Notes under the pieces: generated by a model
What the model saw: the letters and a program-made list of their open reading frames with translations, nothing else
Told to the model about the DNA's origin: nothing
The model's database searches: none
Position numbers and translations under genes: made by a program
Assembly: GCA_003284565.1 (NCBI GenBank)
Contig: QBXO01000003.1
Span: 16,558-80,557 of the forward strand
Origin: SAR116 cluster bacterium AG-321-K23
GTDB taxonomy: Bacteria > Pseudomonadota > Alphaproteobacteria > Puniceispirillales > Marisalimonadaceae
Direction: 5' to 3'
Length of the DNA: 64,000 nucleotides
In this document: piece by piece, positions 10,151-19,352 of the stretch
Numbering within the stretch: the stretch's first letter is position 1
Layout of the letters: each line of letters opens with the position of its first letter

Positions 10151-11373
10151 ATATCACGTATAGTAGTAATTTTTTTATTAGTATCTTGAGAAGCTAATAA
10201 GGAACTATTTAAATCTACACCTAATCCAATGCCTTTCATTGGTAGTGCAAAACCATTTTGCACTTCTGGTAGATTATCAACTAAAATTTTATAAAAACCA
10301 TTATAAAATGATCGAACACTCTCTAAAATCATTACATTCGGATATGCAAGACTAATATGTAAGTTTGCAATCCAAACTACTGGTCCTGTGCAATCATGTG
10401 GGCACATCATCCTATTATTTCCGTGAGCTATACCAGATATTTTAATTGCTTCAGTTATACCTCCAATCCAACCTAAGTCGTAATGCATATAATCAATAGC
10501 TCCTGAAGAAAGAGCATCACGATACCAAATAGCTGTACCTAAAGCCTCACTACCTGCTATAGGTGAAATTGTGTTTTGCTTAAATTCAGCTAAATCTTTT
10601 AAATGAGCCATGTTAATTGGATCTTCATGCCAAAAAACATCAAATTCATCAACATGCTTAGCAATTTTTATTGCTGGAGCTAATTGCCATAGTGAATGAT
10701 ATTCTAACATAATGTCAATCTTACTACCAACAGCATCACGAATTTTTTTTATTCTATTTATACCTTTTTTTAGATCTTCTGATGAAATCATTTGACCTTT
10801 AGTGATAAAAGCAAATTCATCAAATGGCCAAATTTTCATTGCTTTAATACCTTCATCTAAAAGACTTTGCGCAAGGTCTCCTGGATTTTGTGTCTGGAGT
10901 TCAAGGTCATCATAGGTTTCTTTATTTTGCTTTGATTTAAGCTCACTCACTAATCGAGATGAAGAATTCGCATTCCAGTTATATCCACTAGCAGCACAAG
11001 TATTATAAATTGGTATTTTATCTCTGCACGGTCCGCCTAAAATATCAACTAACTTTAAATTACTTGATTTAGCTTTTAAGTCCCATAAAGCAATGTCAAT
11101 TGCTGAGTTACCCCTATATTCTACAGATCTTGTGGGATAACCAATATATCTATTAGCAGTCCAATTTAATAAATTATCAGCATGTTCATTAATTCTAAGT
11201 GGGTCTTTACCTAATAAATAAGGAGCACAACTTTCATGAATATAACTAATTATTGCGTTTGGATTTCTAAAAGTTTCACCTAATCCTGTCAAACCTTCGT
11301 CTGTATAGATTTTAACCCATACTAGATTAGAAAAGTTTTTATTATTTATTGTTTCTATTGCGGTAATTTTCAT
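10147..11373 (-). CDS. Mandelate racemase/muconate-lactonizing (enolase superfamily) enzyme, probable sugar-acid dehydratase
   Basis: GLGET, SAIDIALWD, MKIWPFD, LEYHS, HEDP, GSE and PHDCTGP. Confidence 0.85.
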   Translation of the reverse strand: MKITAIETINNKNFSNLVWVKIYTDEGLTGLGETFRNPNAIISYIHESCAPYLLGKDPLRINEHADNLLNWTANRYIGYPTRSVEYRGNSAIDIALWDLKAKSSNLKLVDILGGPCRDKIPIYNTCAASGYNWNANSSSRLVSELKSKQNKETYDDLELQTQNPGDLAQSLLDEGIKAMKIWPFDEFAFITKGQMISSEDLKKGINRIKKIRDAVGSKIDIMLEYHSLWQLAPAIKIAKHVDEFDVFWHEDPINMAHLKDLAEFKQNTISPIAGSEALGTAIWYRDALSSGAIDYMHYDLGWIGGITEAIKISGIAHGNNRMMCPHDCTGPVVWIANLHISLAYPNVMILESVRSFYNGFYKILVDNLPEVQNGFALPMKGIGLGVDLNSSLLASQDTNKKITTIRDI

Positions 11374-11382
11374 TAAATTCAA

Positions 11383-11484
11383 TTAAAAAGAAGTTATTAT
11401 AAATGTTTTAATTCCTAAAAAGAAAAAAAATAAAACTAGTATAATGGCAACGCCTAATAAACCTTTTCCTAATTCTTTTAGCAT
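11383..11484 (-). CDS. Putative 33-aa single-pass membrane microprotein (not in the ORF track)
   Basis: ATG at 11484 to TAA at 11383: MLKELGKGLLGVAIILVLFFFFLGIKTFIITSF; the stop abuts the start region of the dehydratase. Confidence 0.55.
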   Translation of the reverse strand: MLKELGKGLLGVAIILVLFFFFLGIKTFIITSF

Positions 11485-11604
11485 TAATTCTATTACTTTT
11501 ATTTTATTATTTTAATTTCAATAATATCATAACTCAAATCAGATTAGTATTGTATTGTATTGTTTCTTTAATTTAATCTATTTAACTAATATAATTATTT
11601 TATA

Positions 11605-11985
11605 ATGAAAAAATTAAAAAAAACTAAAAGTACTTTTCCACCTGAATTAGCAAACAGTAATGGAGTTAAAATTAAAGTATATTTTAATGGACATATGATT
11701 GGTGCCGGCAAAATGCAACTGATCCAACTTATTAATTTAAAAGGATCTATAAGTTCAGCTGCTAAAACGATGGGCATGAGTATCAAAAGAGCAGACAAAC
11801 TCCTCAAAAGTGTTGAAGATGCTTTTGCAAATCCTGTTGTTATAAAACAAAAAGGAAACAAAGGTACAATTATATCTTCGTTTGGGAAAGAGTTGTTAGA
11901 TAAATATCTAAATTTATGTCAAGATTTATCAAAGGAATCAGAAAATTTTATTAGTTGGGCAATTTCAAAACAAACTCTTAAGTAG
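11605..11985 (+). CDS. Short ModE-like winged-helix regulator lacking molybdate-binding domains
   Basis: IGAGKMQLIQLINLKGSISSAAKTMGMS...GNKGT matches the ModE N-terminal domain; adjacent to mobAB and moeA. Confidence 0.75.
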   Translation: MKKLKKTKSTFPPELANSNGVKIKVYFNGHMIGAGKMQLIQLINLKGSISSAAKTMGMSIKRADKLLKSVEDAFANPVVIKQKGNKGTIISSFGKELLDKYLNLCQDLSKESENFISWAISKQTLK

Positions 11986-12115
11986 TTTTCAAAATCCTTA
12001 TATTAAGATAATTTATCAATAACTGAAGTAAAATAATAATTGAAGTAAATTAAAATCATTCTTGATAAATAAAAGGTATATTAATTTTTATTTAAAAAAA
12101 ATAAGGAAAATTAAT

Positions 12116-13255
12116 TTGAATGCATATTATGAGGTAGTTCCTTGTGTTATTCTAGCAGGAGGTAAAGGAAGAAGAATGGGCGGGAAAGAAAAAGCCCTCG
12201 TAAACCTTTTAGATAGACCACTTCTTTCATATACACTTGAAAATATTTCCGGCAAAGTTGCTCCAATTGCTCTTAATGTTAATAACAATTTAAAAGAATT
12301 TAAAAAATTTGGTTATAAAATGTTGGAAGATCCAATCAAAGGACACCTAGGTCCATTAGTAGGTATTTTAGCTTCTTTAAATTGGGCAAAAAACTTAGAT
12401 CAAAAATGGGTTTTAACTTTACCTTGTGATACCCCTTTTATTCCTAAAAATTTAATTGAGGCTCTAATTGAGGCTAAAAATGAAAATCCTGATATTGATC
12501 TTGTAGTTGCAAAATCAAGAGGGTTTAAACATCCAGTGATAGCATTATGGAAAACTAGTAATGAAATTAAATTAAAAAATGCTATTGAGGATGGAATTAG
12601 AAAAATTGATAATTTTACTTCTCAATTAAAAATCAAGTATGTAAATTTTGATAATCTAAATAAATCGAAATTTGACCTATTTACAAACCTAAATTCACCA
12701 AGGGATTTAATTACTGCAATGCAGATTCTTGGGAAACTACCACCTATTATTGGACTTGCTGGCTGGTCTGGCTCTGGAAAAACAACATTATGTGAAAAAT
12801 TAATTGAAAATTTTACAAAAACTGGAATTAAGGTTGGAACAATTAAACATGCTCATCAAAAATTTGATATAGATAAGCGAGGTAAAGATTCGTATAAACT
12901 CAGAAAAGCCGGAGCCCAACCAATGGTAATTTCATCCAAAGAAAGATTTGCTCTTATTCAAGAAAATGACAATGAAGAAAAAAGTTTATTTGAAATTTTA
13001 GAGATTTTCTCAAAAAACCCAATTGATAATTGTGAACTAATTCTAGTAGAAGGGTATAAAAAAGAGTTTATAAAAAAATTGGAAGTATTTAGATCTGAGA
13101 TAGATAAACCATTTTTATACCCTAATGATGAAAATATATTTGCAATAGTAAGTGATAAGAAAATTGAAGTACCTATTCCATATCATAATATAAATAATAT
13201 TAGAGATATTTGTGAATTATTAATAAAAACTTCTGAGACACAACTATACAAATAA
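12116..13255 (+). CDS. mobAB: Fused molybdenum cofactor guanylyltransferase MobA / MobB
   Basis: N-terminal ILAGGKGRRMGGKEK, GPLVGI and PCDTP (MobA); C-terminal GWSGSGKTT, IKHAH and VEGYK (MobB); TTG at 12116 preceded by AAGGA. Confidence 0.9.
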   Translation: MNAYYEVVPCVILAGGKGRRMGGKEKALVNLLDRPLLSYTLENISGKVAPIALNVNNNLKEFKKFGYKMLEDPIKGHLGPLVGILASLNWAKNLDQKWVLTLPCDTPFIPKNLIEALIEAKNENPDIDLVVAKSRGFKHPVIALWKTSNEIKLKNAIEDGIRKIDNFTSQLKIKYVNFDNLNKSKFDLFTNLNSPRDLITAMQILGKLPPIIGLAGWSGSGKTTLCEKLIENFTKTGIKVGTIKHAHQKFDIDKRGKDSYKLRKAGAQPMVISSKERFALIQENDNEEKSLFEILEIFSKNPIDNCELILVEGYKKEFIKKLEVFRSEIDKPFLYPNDENIFAIVSDKKIEVPIPYHNINNIRDICELLIKTSETQLYK

Positions 13256-13264
13256 TAAGAATTA

Positions 13265-14494
13265 TCAAATTCCTTTATTTTCAAATGGATAAAATTTTAA
13301 TAACTCACCTTTTAAAACATTTTTTTTATTGTAAGGTATTTCAACTAATCCATCAGCCCCTGTTAATGATGAAATTACACCAGAACCTTCTCTCCCATGC
13401 AGAAGAATAACTGATTGACAACCACTATTTTTTATTCTTGCTCTCAAAAATTCTGTTCTACCAATTTTCTTAGTATGTTCAAAACCTGAAGTAATTTTGA
13501 GAAAAAAAGGAGTAAAATTATTACCGCCTGCCATTTTAACTAAAGCTGGTTTAATTAAAAATTTTGAACACACAAATGCCGCAACTGGATTCCCAGGCAA
13601 ACAGAAGATAAGTTTTTTACCTAAAATACTTGCTCCCATCGGTTTTCCTGGTTTTATGGCTAATTGCCAAACCAAGCTTTCTGCCCCAATATGTTTTAGT
13701 GCACTTTGTGTATGATCTTCAATTCCCTCTGAAGCTCCACCAGAAGAAATAACAACGTCACATTTTGACAAACACTTTAAATATTTATTTACCAACGCAT
13801 TTTTTGTATCTTTTACTATTCCCATATCTAAAATTTCTAAGTAATTTTCGTTAAATATAGATCTAAGCATTGGTCTGTTTGAATCATATATTTGACCATA
13901 ACTCTTTTTTTTTCCTGTCAAGTTTACGACTTCATTACCGGTGGATATGATTGCAACTTTTAATTTATTGAACACTTCAATTTCATTGTTTCCTGAAGCA
14001 GCTAACTGTCCAATATACGAAGGATTAAGAAAATCACCTTTTTTTATTATTATTTCGCCCTTTTTAATATTCTCCCCAATAGGTCTTACGTTTTGGTATT
14101 TCTTTATCTCTTCTTTAATCAATAATTCTGTCCCTGTTCTTTCACAATTTTCAAACATCACAACACTGTCAACACCTTTTGGAAGAATGGAGCCTGTATA
14201 AATTTCAACAGCTTCTTGAGCCATTATTTTTTTTGGATAAGGTTTACCAGCTTTTACTAATGCGACTACTTTAAACTTAATTTTAGGATTTTTTAAAAAT
14301 GATTTATATAATATTCCATATCCATCTACAGCTGAATTAAGAGTTTCAGGTAAGTTTAAATTACTCTTTAATGTACTATAATTAAATCTTTGGTTGGCTT
14401 CATTCAGTAAAATTTTTGTTTTTTTATTTGATGGTTGAATATATTTCAATATTCTGTTTTTTGCTGTGTTTAGTTTGGTAAGTTTGTATAACAT
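13265..14494 (-). CDS. moeA: Molybdopterin molybdotransferase
   Basis: SAVDGY, IYTGS, STGNE, DSNRPML, SSGGAS, KPGKP and LPGNP. Confidence 0.93.
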   Translation of the reverse strand: MLYKLTKLNTAKNRILKYIQPSNKKTKILLNEANQRFNYSTLKSNLNLPETLNSAVDGYGILYKSFLKNPKIKFKVVALVKAGKPYPKKIMAQEAVEIYTGSILPKGVDSVVMFENCERTGTELLIKEEIKKYQNVRPIGENIKKGEIIIKKGDFLNPSYIGQLAASGNNEIEVFNKLKVAIISTGNEVVNLTGKKKSYGQIYDSNRPMLRSIFNENYLEILDMGIVKDTKNALVNKYLKCLSKCDVVISSGGASEGIEDHTQSALKHIGAESLVWQLAIKPGKPMGASILGKKLIFCLPGNPVAAFVCSKFLIKPALVKMAGGNNFTPFFLKITSGFEHTKKIGRTEFLRARIKNSGCQSVILLHGREGSGVISSLTGADGLVEIPYNKKNVLKGELLKFYPFENKGI

Positions 14495-14643
14495 CACAAT
14501 TATAAATTATAATAATTTAGACTGTTTGTTAAATAAATAAAACTCAAGCTATATCCTTTTTTGTACTTATCTAATGTAATAAATCAAATAAAATTATTTT
14601 ATTTTTTTATCTAACATAATAACATGTAATTTTGGGGTACTTT

Positions 14644-16047
14644 ATGATGACGGAATTATGGTCTTTACATGCTCATCAAATTTCAAAACTGTTTAGAAAC
14701 AAGGAAATTTCTGCAACAGATATATGTAATAACTTGATAAATCATATTGAAGAAATAAACCCCAAAATTAATGCAATTGTCGTAAAAACCTATGAGGATG
14801 CAAAAAAACAAGCTAAAATTTTAGATAAAAAAATTAAAAATGGTAATAGACTAGGCTTACTAGCTGGAGTTCCAATTACCATAAAGGTAAATACTGACCA
14901 AACTGGCTATCCCAGTACAAATGGTTTAAGAATACAAAAAGATTTAATTGCTAAAAAAGATAGTCCGGTAGTAAAAAATTTAAGAAATTCTGATGCTCTA
15001 ATGTTAGGTAAAACAAATACTCCTGCTTTTAGCATTCACTGGTTTACTAGAAATAGTTTACATGGTCATACTCTAAATCCTCATAATAATACTATCACTC
15101 CTGGTGGATCATCGGGTGGAGCTTCTTCTGCAACTGCGGCCGGGATGGGTGCAATAGGTCATGGAACTGATATAGCTGGGTCAATTCGTTATCCTGCTTA
15201 CGCATGTGGAATTCATGGACTAAGACCAAGTATTGGTCGAGTTCCTATGTTTAATTATACTACTCCAGACAGGCATATTGGAGGACAGATCATGGCAGTA
15301 ACAGGACCATTAGCAAGATGTATAAAAGACTTAGAAATTGCATTAAAAGCAATGAGTATAGAAAATTACGATGATCCTTGGTGGACACCAATACCATTTT
15401 CATTTCCAATTCCTGAAAAAAAAGTTGCTTTATTAACAAAAATCGAAGGTCTTAAAATTGATCCAGTAATAATAAATGAATTAAAAATTGTTGCTAGAAA
15501 ACTTGAAGAATCAGGATGGGTTGTAGAAGAGCCCAAAGCACCAAATTTCCAAGAAGCTGCAAGTTATCAGGCCACCTTGTGGCTGGGTGAATTTAGAAGA
15601 ACTGGCGGCGAAGCTATCAGGAGAGAAAATGACCCTGATGCAAATTTTATTTATAGTCAAATGTCTAAAAGATGCCCTGATACTAGTATAGAAAAATTTA
15701 TGGACTCATTACAACACAGAGCAAGAATTAGCAGAGAATGGAATAAATTTTTTGATCAGTATCCTGTAATATTGTGTCCAATAACTGGAGATATACCATT
15801 TCCAGATTTAAAGGATTTAGAGTCAGAAGAATCGTTTGATTTAGTGTTTGATTCCATGCTTCCACTAATAGCTCCTCCATATATGGGACTGCCTGGGTTA
15901 TCTTTTGCAACAAGTCAAACAAAACAAAAAATACCTTTGGGAGTTCAATTTATTTCAAGAAAGTTTCGTGAAGATTTATTATTAAATGTTGCATATGACT
16001 TGGAAAAACATTACCCCAAAATTAAACCAGTTTTACCAAGTTTTTAA
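14644..16047 (+). CDS. Amidase signature family protein
   Basis: PITIK, GKTN, GGSSGG and GTDIAGSIRYPA (Ser-cisSer-Lys triad). Confidence 0.9.
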   Translation: MMTELWSLHAHQISKLFRNKEISATDICNNLINHIEEINPKINAIVVKTYEDAKKQAKILDKKIKNGNRLGLLAGVPITIKVNTDQTGYPSTNGLRIQKDLIAKKDSPVVKNLRNSDALMLGKTNTPAFSIHWFTRNSLHGHTLNPHNNTITPGGSSGGASSATAAGMGAIGHGTDIAGSIRYPAYACGIHGLRPSIGRVPMFNYTTPDRHIGGQIMAVTGPLARCIKDLEIALKAMSIENYDDPWWTPIPFSFPIPEKKVALLTKIEGLKIDPVIINELKIVARKLEESGWVVEEPKAPNFQEAASYQATLWLGEFRRTGGEAIRRENDPDANFIYSQMSKRCPDTSIEKFMDSLQHRARISREWNKFFDQYPVILCPITGDIPFPDLKDLESEESFDLVFDSMLPLIAPPYMGLPGLSFATSQTKQKIPLGVQFISRKFREDLLLNVAYDLEKHYPKIKPVLPSF

Positions 16048-16131
16048 TATATTATATTAACAGAATAAAAATCATTTGAAAATTTTAAAAATTTTATATT
16101 AATATCAAAATAAATTTGTTTATTGTTTAAA

Positions 16132-16941
16132 ATGTTCAAAACTAATGTGAAAATAACATATGCTGAATCATGGTTACCAATTCATCATAAATTTTTCATA
16201 CATACTGTTGAATTTCTATCAGCAAGAATTGCCTTAGAAAAACGTTATAAAAATTTTATTTCTAATTCTAAAAATAAAACAGGAACCAAGTTATGGAAAC
16301 ATGCATTGAACTCAATGGGAATTAAAACACCAAATTTGGCTCCTATTACTGAAAGGAAAAAAGGAAAAGGATTGATTATTGCCGCCAATCATCCTTTTGG
16401 TGTTACAGATGGAGTGTTTTTATCCTGGTTTGCCTCAACATTTGATGATGATTTTAGAGTAATTGCCCATGGTGTTCTTCAAAAAGAGCCAACACTAGCA
16501 GACAATATACTTCCTATTGATTTTAGTAATAAAAAGAATGCTATGAGAGATAATGTAGTTACTAGAAAAACAGCTATTCAAATTTTAAAAGATGGGGGTG
16601 TAATAGCAATTTTCCCAGCAGGAGGAGTGGCCTGGGCAAGAAAAAAAGGACTGCCTGTTGAAGAAGATGACTGGAAACCAATGCTTGGAAGATTAATAAA
16701 TGACTCCAAATGTGATGTTTTAATTACAAGATTTGGAGGTCAAAATTCTAAGGTCTTTCAGTTCGCCTCACGAATACATCAAACTTTTAAACAAAGCCTA
16801 TATTTGTATGAAATTAGAAAAAGTTTAGATAAACCTGTAAAATTTAAAGTTGTAAAATATTTAAAAAATGAAACTTTACCAAAACTTGATGATAAAAATT
16901 TATCACTGTTTCTTCAGAGCAAAGTTAAATCTTCGGACTAA
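16132..16941 (+). CDS. Lysophospholipid/glycerol acyltransferase family protein
   Basis: HxxxxD motif (ANHPFGVTDG) and IFPAGGV. Confidence 0.78.
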   Translation: MFKTNVKITYAESWLPIHHKFFIHTVEFLSARIALEKRYKNFISNSKNKTGTKLWKHALNSMGIKTPNLAPITERKKGKGLIIAANHPFGVTDGVFLSWFASTFDDDFRVIAHGVLQKEPTLADNILPIDFSNKKNAMRDNVVTRKTAIQILKDGGVIAIFPAGGVAWARKKGLPVEEDDWKPMLGRLINDSKCDVLITRFGGQNSKVFQFASRIHQTFKQSLYLYEIRKSLDKPVKFKVVKYLKNETLPKLDDKNLSLFLQSKVKSSD

Positions 16942-17792
16942 GCATTATATAGTTTACCACTTTTTTTAGATAATTCTGGTGGAGCAGTTGGCCTTTTTAG
17001 GAAGGTATCAACATCTTTAATATCTAAAAATTTATTGCCAGCCTTAATTATTTCCTCATTAGGTAATTTGTGCAAAGTGTTATATTTAGGGTGGTGGTGG
17101 TCTATAAAAGGGTTATTTCTAGCAGCATTGTAGCAACATAAAAGTGTCCAACGTCTGTTAGGTGAATTATTTTTATCAGACCTATGAAGAGTATTGCAAT
17201 GGAAAAAAAGAACATCACCAGGATCCATTTCACAATAAATTAATTCTAAATGCTTTTTTGCCTCTTCAACTCTTTTTAAATCAACTCCCACTTGACCACT
17301 TTCTAATAATGCATGATCCACTCTTCCTAATTTATTTGAACCAGATAGAACTTGTAAACATCCATTTTCTTTTGTGCATTTATCCAAGGCTATCATTACA
17401 GTAGCCATAAATGGAAACAAACAACCATTATTATACCAATATCCATAATCTTGATGCCATTCCCAAGCGCCACCTTCATAAGGTTCTTTGGCAGTAATTT
17501 TAGAATGATAATGATAAACCTCTCCACCAAGGAGATCTTCCATTGTATCAACAATTTTTTCTGATCTAGCAGTGACACCATAAATACTATCGTCAGGATG
17601 ATTCCATGCCATCATCTTGGTTGTTAATCCTTCAGAATCTTTTCTTTCATACAAGTGATCTCTTATAGCAGGGTCCTGTTTAGAAGCATTTTGCAATAAA
17701 TTTGTTTCAACTTCATTAAAAAAATTTTTTACAATTACATATCCACTATCATGAAATTTTTTGGTTTGATCCTCATTAAGATATGACGCCAT
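16938..17792 (-). CDS. Phytanoyl-CoA dioxygenase (PhyH)-family Fe(II)/2-oxoglutarate dioxygenase
   Basis: WHQDYGYW (HxD), ENGCL, PGDVLFFH, distal His in TLHRS, NRR; ATG at 17792 after GAGG. Confidence 0.88.
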   Translation of the reverse strand: MASYLNEDQTKKFHDSGYVIVKNFFNEVETNLLQNASKQDPAIRDHLYERKDSEGLTTKMMAWNHPDDSIYGVTARSEKIVDTMEDLLGGEVYHYHSKITAKEPYEGGAWEWHQDYGYWYNNGCLFPFMATVMIALDKCTKENGCLQVLSGSNKLGRVDHALLESGQVGVDLKRVEEAKKHLELIYCEMDPGDVLFFHCNTLHRSDKNNSPNRRWTLLCCYNAARNNPFIDHHHPKYNTLHKLPNEEIIKAGNKFLDIKDVDTFLKRPTAPPELSKKSGKLYNA

Positions 17793-17817
17793 TTTAACCT
17801 CCCCCACATTATAGATA

Positions 17818-18435
17818 TTAATGCATATTTTTAAAATTATGCCAATTATAATAATTAGACTTAATATCCTCATTGCAGGAAAATGCCTCAAAAACTTGCT
17901 CCAAAAATTTTAACAGATTTTTGTTTATAATTTTTTTATTTTTTTTATTGTATGTGTTCTTTAATTCTTCTTCCCAAACTATCATTGCACTATGGATTAT
18001 TGCTATTGGTATAGGGTCAATTATTTTAATATTTCCATCTTTTAATTCTTTAGAGAAAATACTGGTTAAACTTTTAAATTCTTCTTCTAAATCTTGAATC
18101 TTTTTTTGCAATAACTTCGTTGAACCATAAAAGCTTTCTTTCGTATTTGGTGTTTGTTCCCATCTTCTATCTATTAATTCTTTTAGATAATTTGGGATAT
18201 TGTCGATGTTGTTATTTAATTTTTTAAAATCTGCAAGAACATTATTTAATATTAATATATTTTCGTCATCGTTCTTAATATTAAATTTATCTCCTGATTT
18301 AAAATTTTCATAAATAAAATACATTCTTCGTGAAATTTCAATCAAGTTGGTAAGAGTAAGATTTACAAACATACTTTTTTTTGAATTTTTGATTACAGTC
18401 CGTAAATTAGATTCAATTTGCTCTTTATTCCTCAA
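17818..18435 (-). CDS. Hypothetical protein (soluble, K/N/I-rich)
   Basis: 205-codon ORF that fills the gap, co-oriented with pyrE and PhyH; no motif recognised. Confidence 0.6.
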   Translation of the reverse strand: MRNKEQIESNLRTVIKNSKKSMFVNLTLTNLIEISRRMYFIYENFKSGDKFNIKNDDENILILNNVLADFKKLNNNIDNIPNYLKELIDRRWEQTPNTKESFYGSTKLLQKKIQDLEEEFKSLTSIFSKELKDGNIKIIDPIPIAIIHSAMIVWEEELKNTYNKKNKKIINKNLLKFLEQVFEAFSCNEDIKSNYYNWHNFKNMH

Positions 18436-18504
18436 AATTTTTATTTCCTAAAATTAAGGGCTTTATAATAGTTAATAGTAGATTAAAAAATTATACATCC
18501 AAAA

Positions 18505-19200
18505 TTAACCCGATAACGAAGATGCTCCTCCGTGATCAGCAGACCAAGTCATTGGATCGTTGAGAAAACTCTCAACCTCTCCAATCTCGTCATTTTCGAA
18601 GTAATTAAATTCTTTTGCTACTTTTAATACATCCCACCAAGTTGCTAGAGAATGCATTTGAAGCCCAATATTATTTAAAGTTTGTCTCGTTTGAGGGAAA
18701 ATATCATAATAAAATACTACAAATGTATGGTCAACTTTTGCTCCTGCTTCTCGTAATGCTTCACAAAATTTTATTTTACTATTCCCGTCTGTTGTTAAAT
18801 CTTCTACCAATAATATGTGAGAGTTATTTTCAAAATCCCCTTCAATTTGAGCATTCCTTCCAAAACCTTTTGCTTTTTTTCGAACGTATTGCATAGGTAA
18901 CATCATTCTGTCTGCAATCCAAGCTGCAAAAGGAATACCGGCTGTTTCACCACCCGCAATAGAATCAATGCTTTCAAAACCAATGTTTCTAGTAATTTCA
19001 GAAGCCGCAAAATCCATTAATGTGTGTCTAACTCGAGGGTAGGAGATTAGTTTTCTACAATCAATATAAACAGGACTGGCCCAACCAGAAGTAAACTTGA
19101 AGGGTTCTTTTGCGCTAAATCTCACCGCCTCAACTTCTATTAACATTTTAGCTGTAATTCTTGATATGACACTTTTTTCGGGAAAACTAGTTGAAAACAT
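18505..19200 (-). CDS. pyrE: Orotate phosphoribosyltransferase
   Basis: [24 protein letters not shown] and PRPP loop [10 protein letters not shown]. Confidence 0.92.
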   Translation of the reverse strand: MFSTSFPEKSVISRITAKMLIEVEAVRFSAKEPFKFTSGWASPVYIDCRKLISYPRVRHTLMDFAASEITRNIGFESIDSIAGGETAGIPFAAWIADRMMLPMQYVRKKAKGFGRNAQIEGDFENNSHILLVEDLTTDGNSKIKFCEALREAGAKVDHTFVVFYYDIFPQTRQTLNNIGLQMHSLATWWDVLKVAKEFNYFENDEIGEVESFLNDPMTWSADHGGASSLSG

Positions 19201-19352
19201 TTTTGACTGTTCCTTTATTTTCTTATTTAGATCGCAATTTTTTTGACATACTTTTAGATGCACTCTGACTTAACATTAACTTAATATCAAGCATTCTAAT
19301 TAGAGACTGATTAAACACACAATAAAGAATTGTATCTTTTGAAAGTACATTA

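Noticed and set aside
16938-17792. Ectoine hydroxylase (ectD) assignment
   Set aside because: Lacks the EctD signature (FxWHSDFETWH) and no ect genes are nearby
17793-17891. Hydrophobic N-terminal extension of the PhyH ORF, suggesting a membrane anchor
   Set aside because: It overlaps the 3' end of the upstream gene; a better start with an RBS exists at 17792
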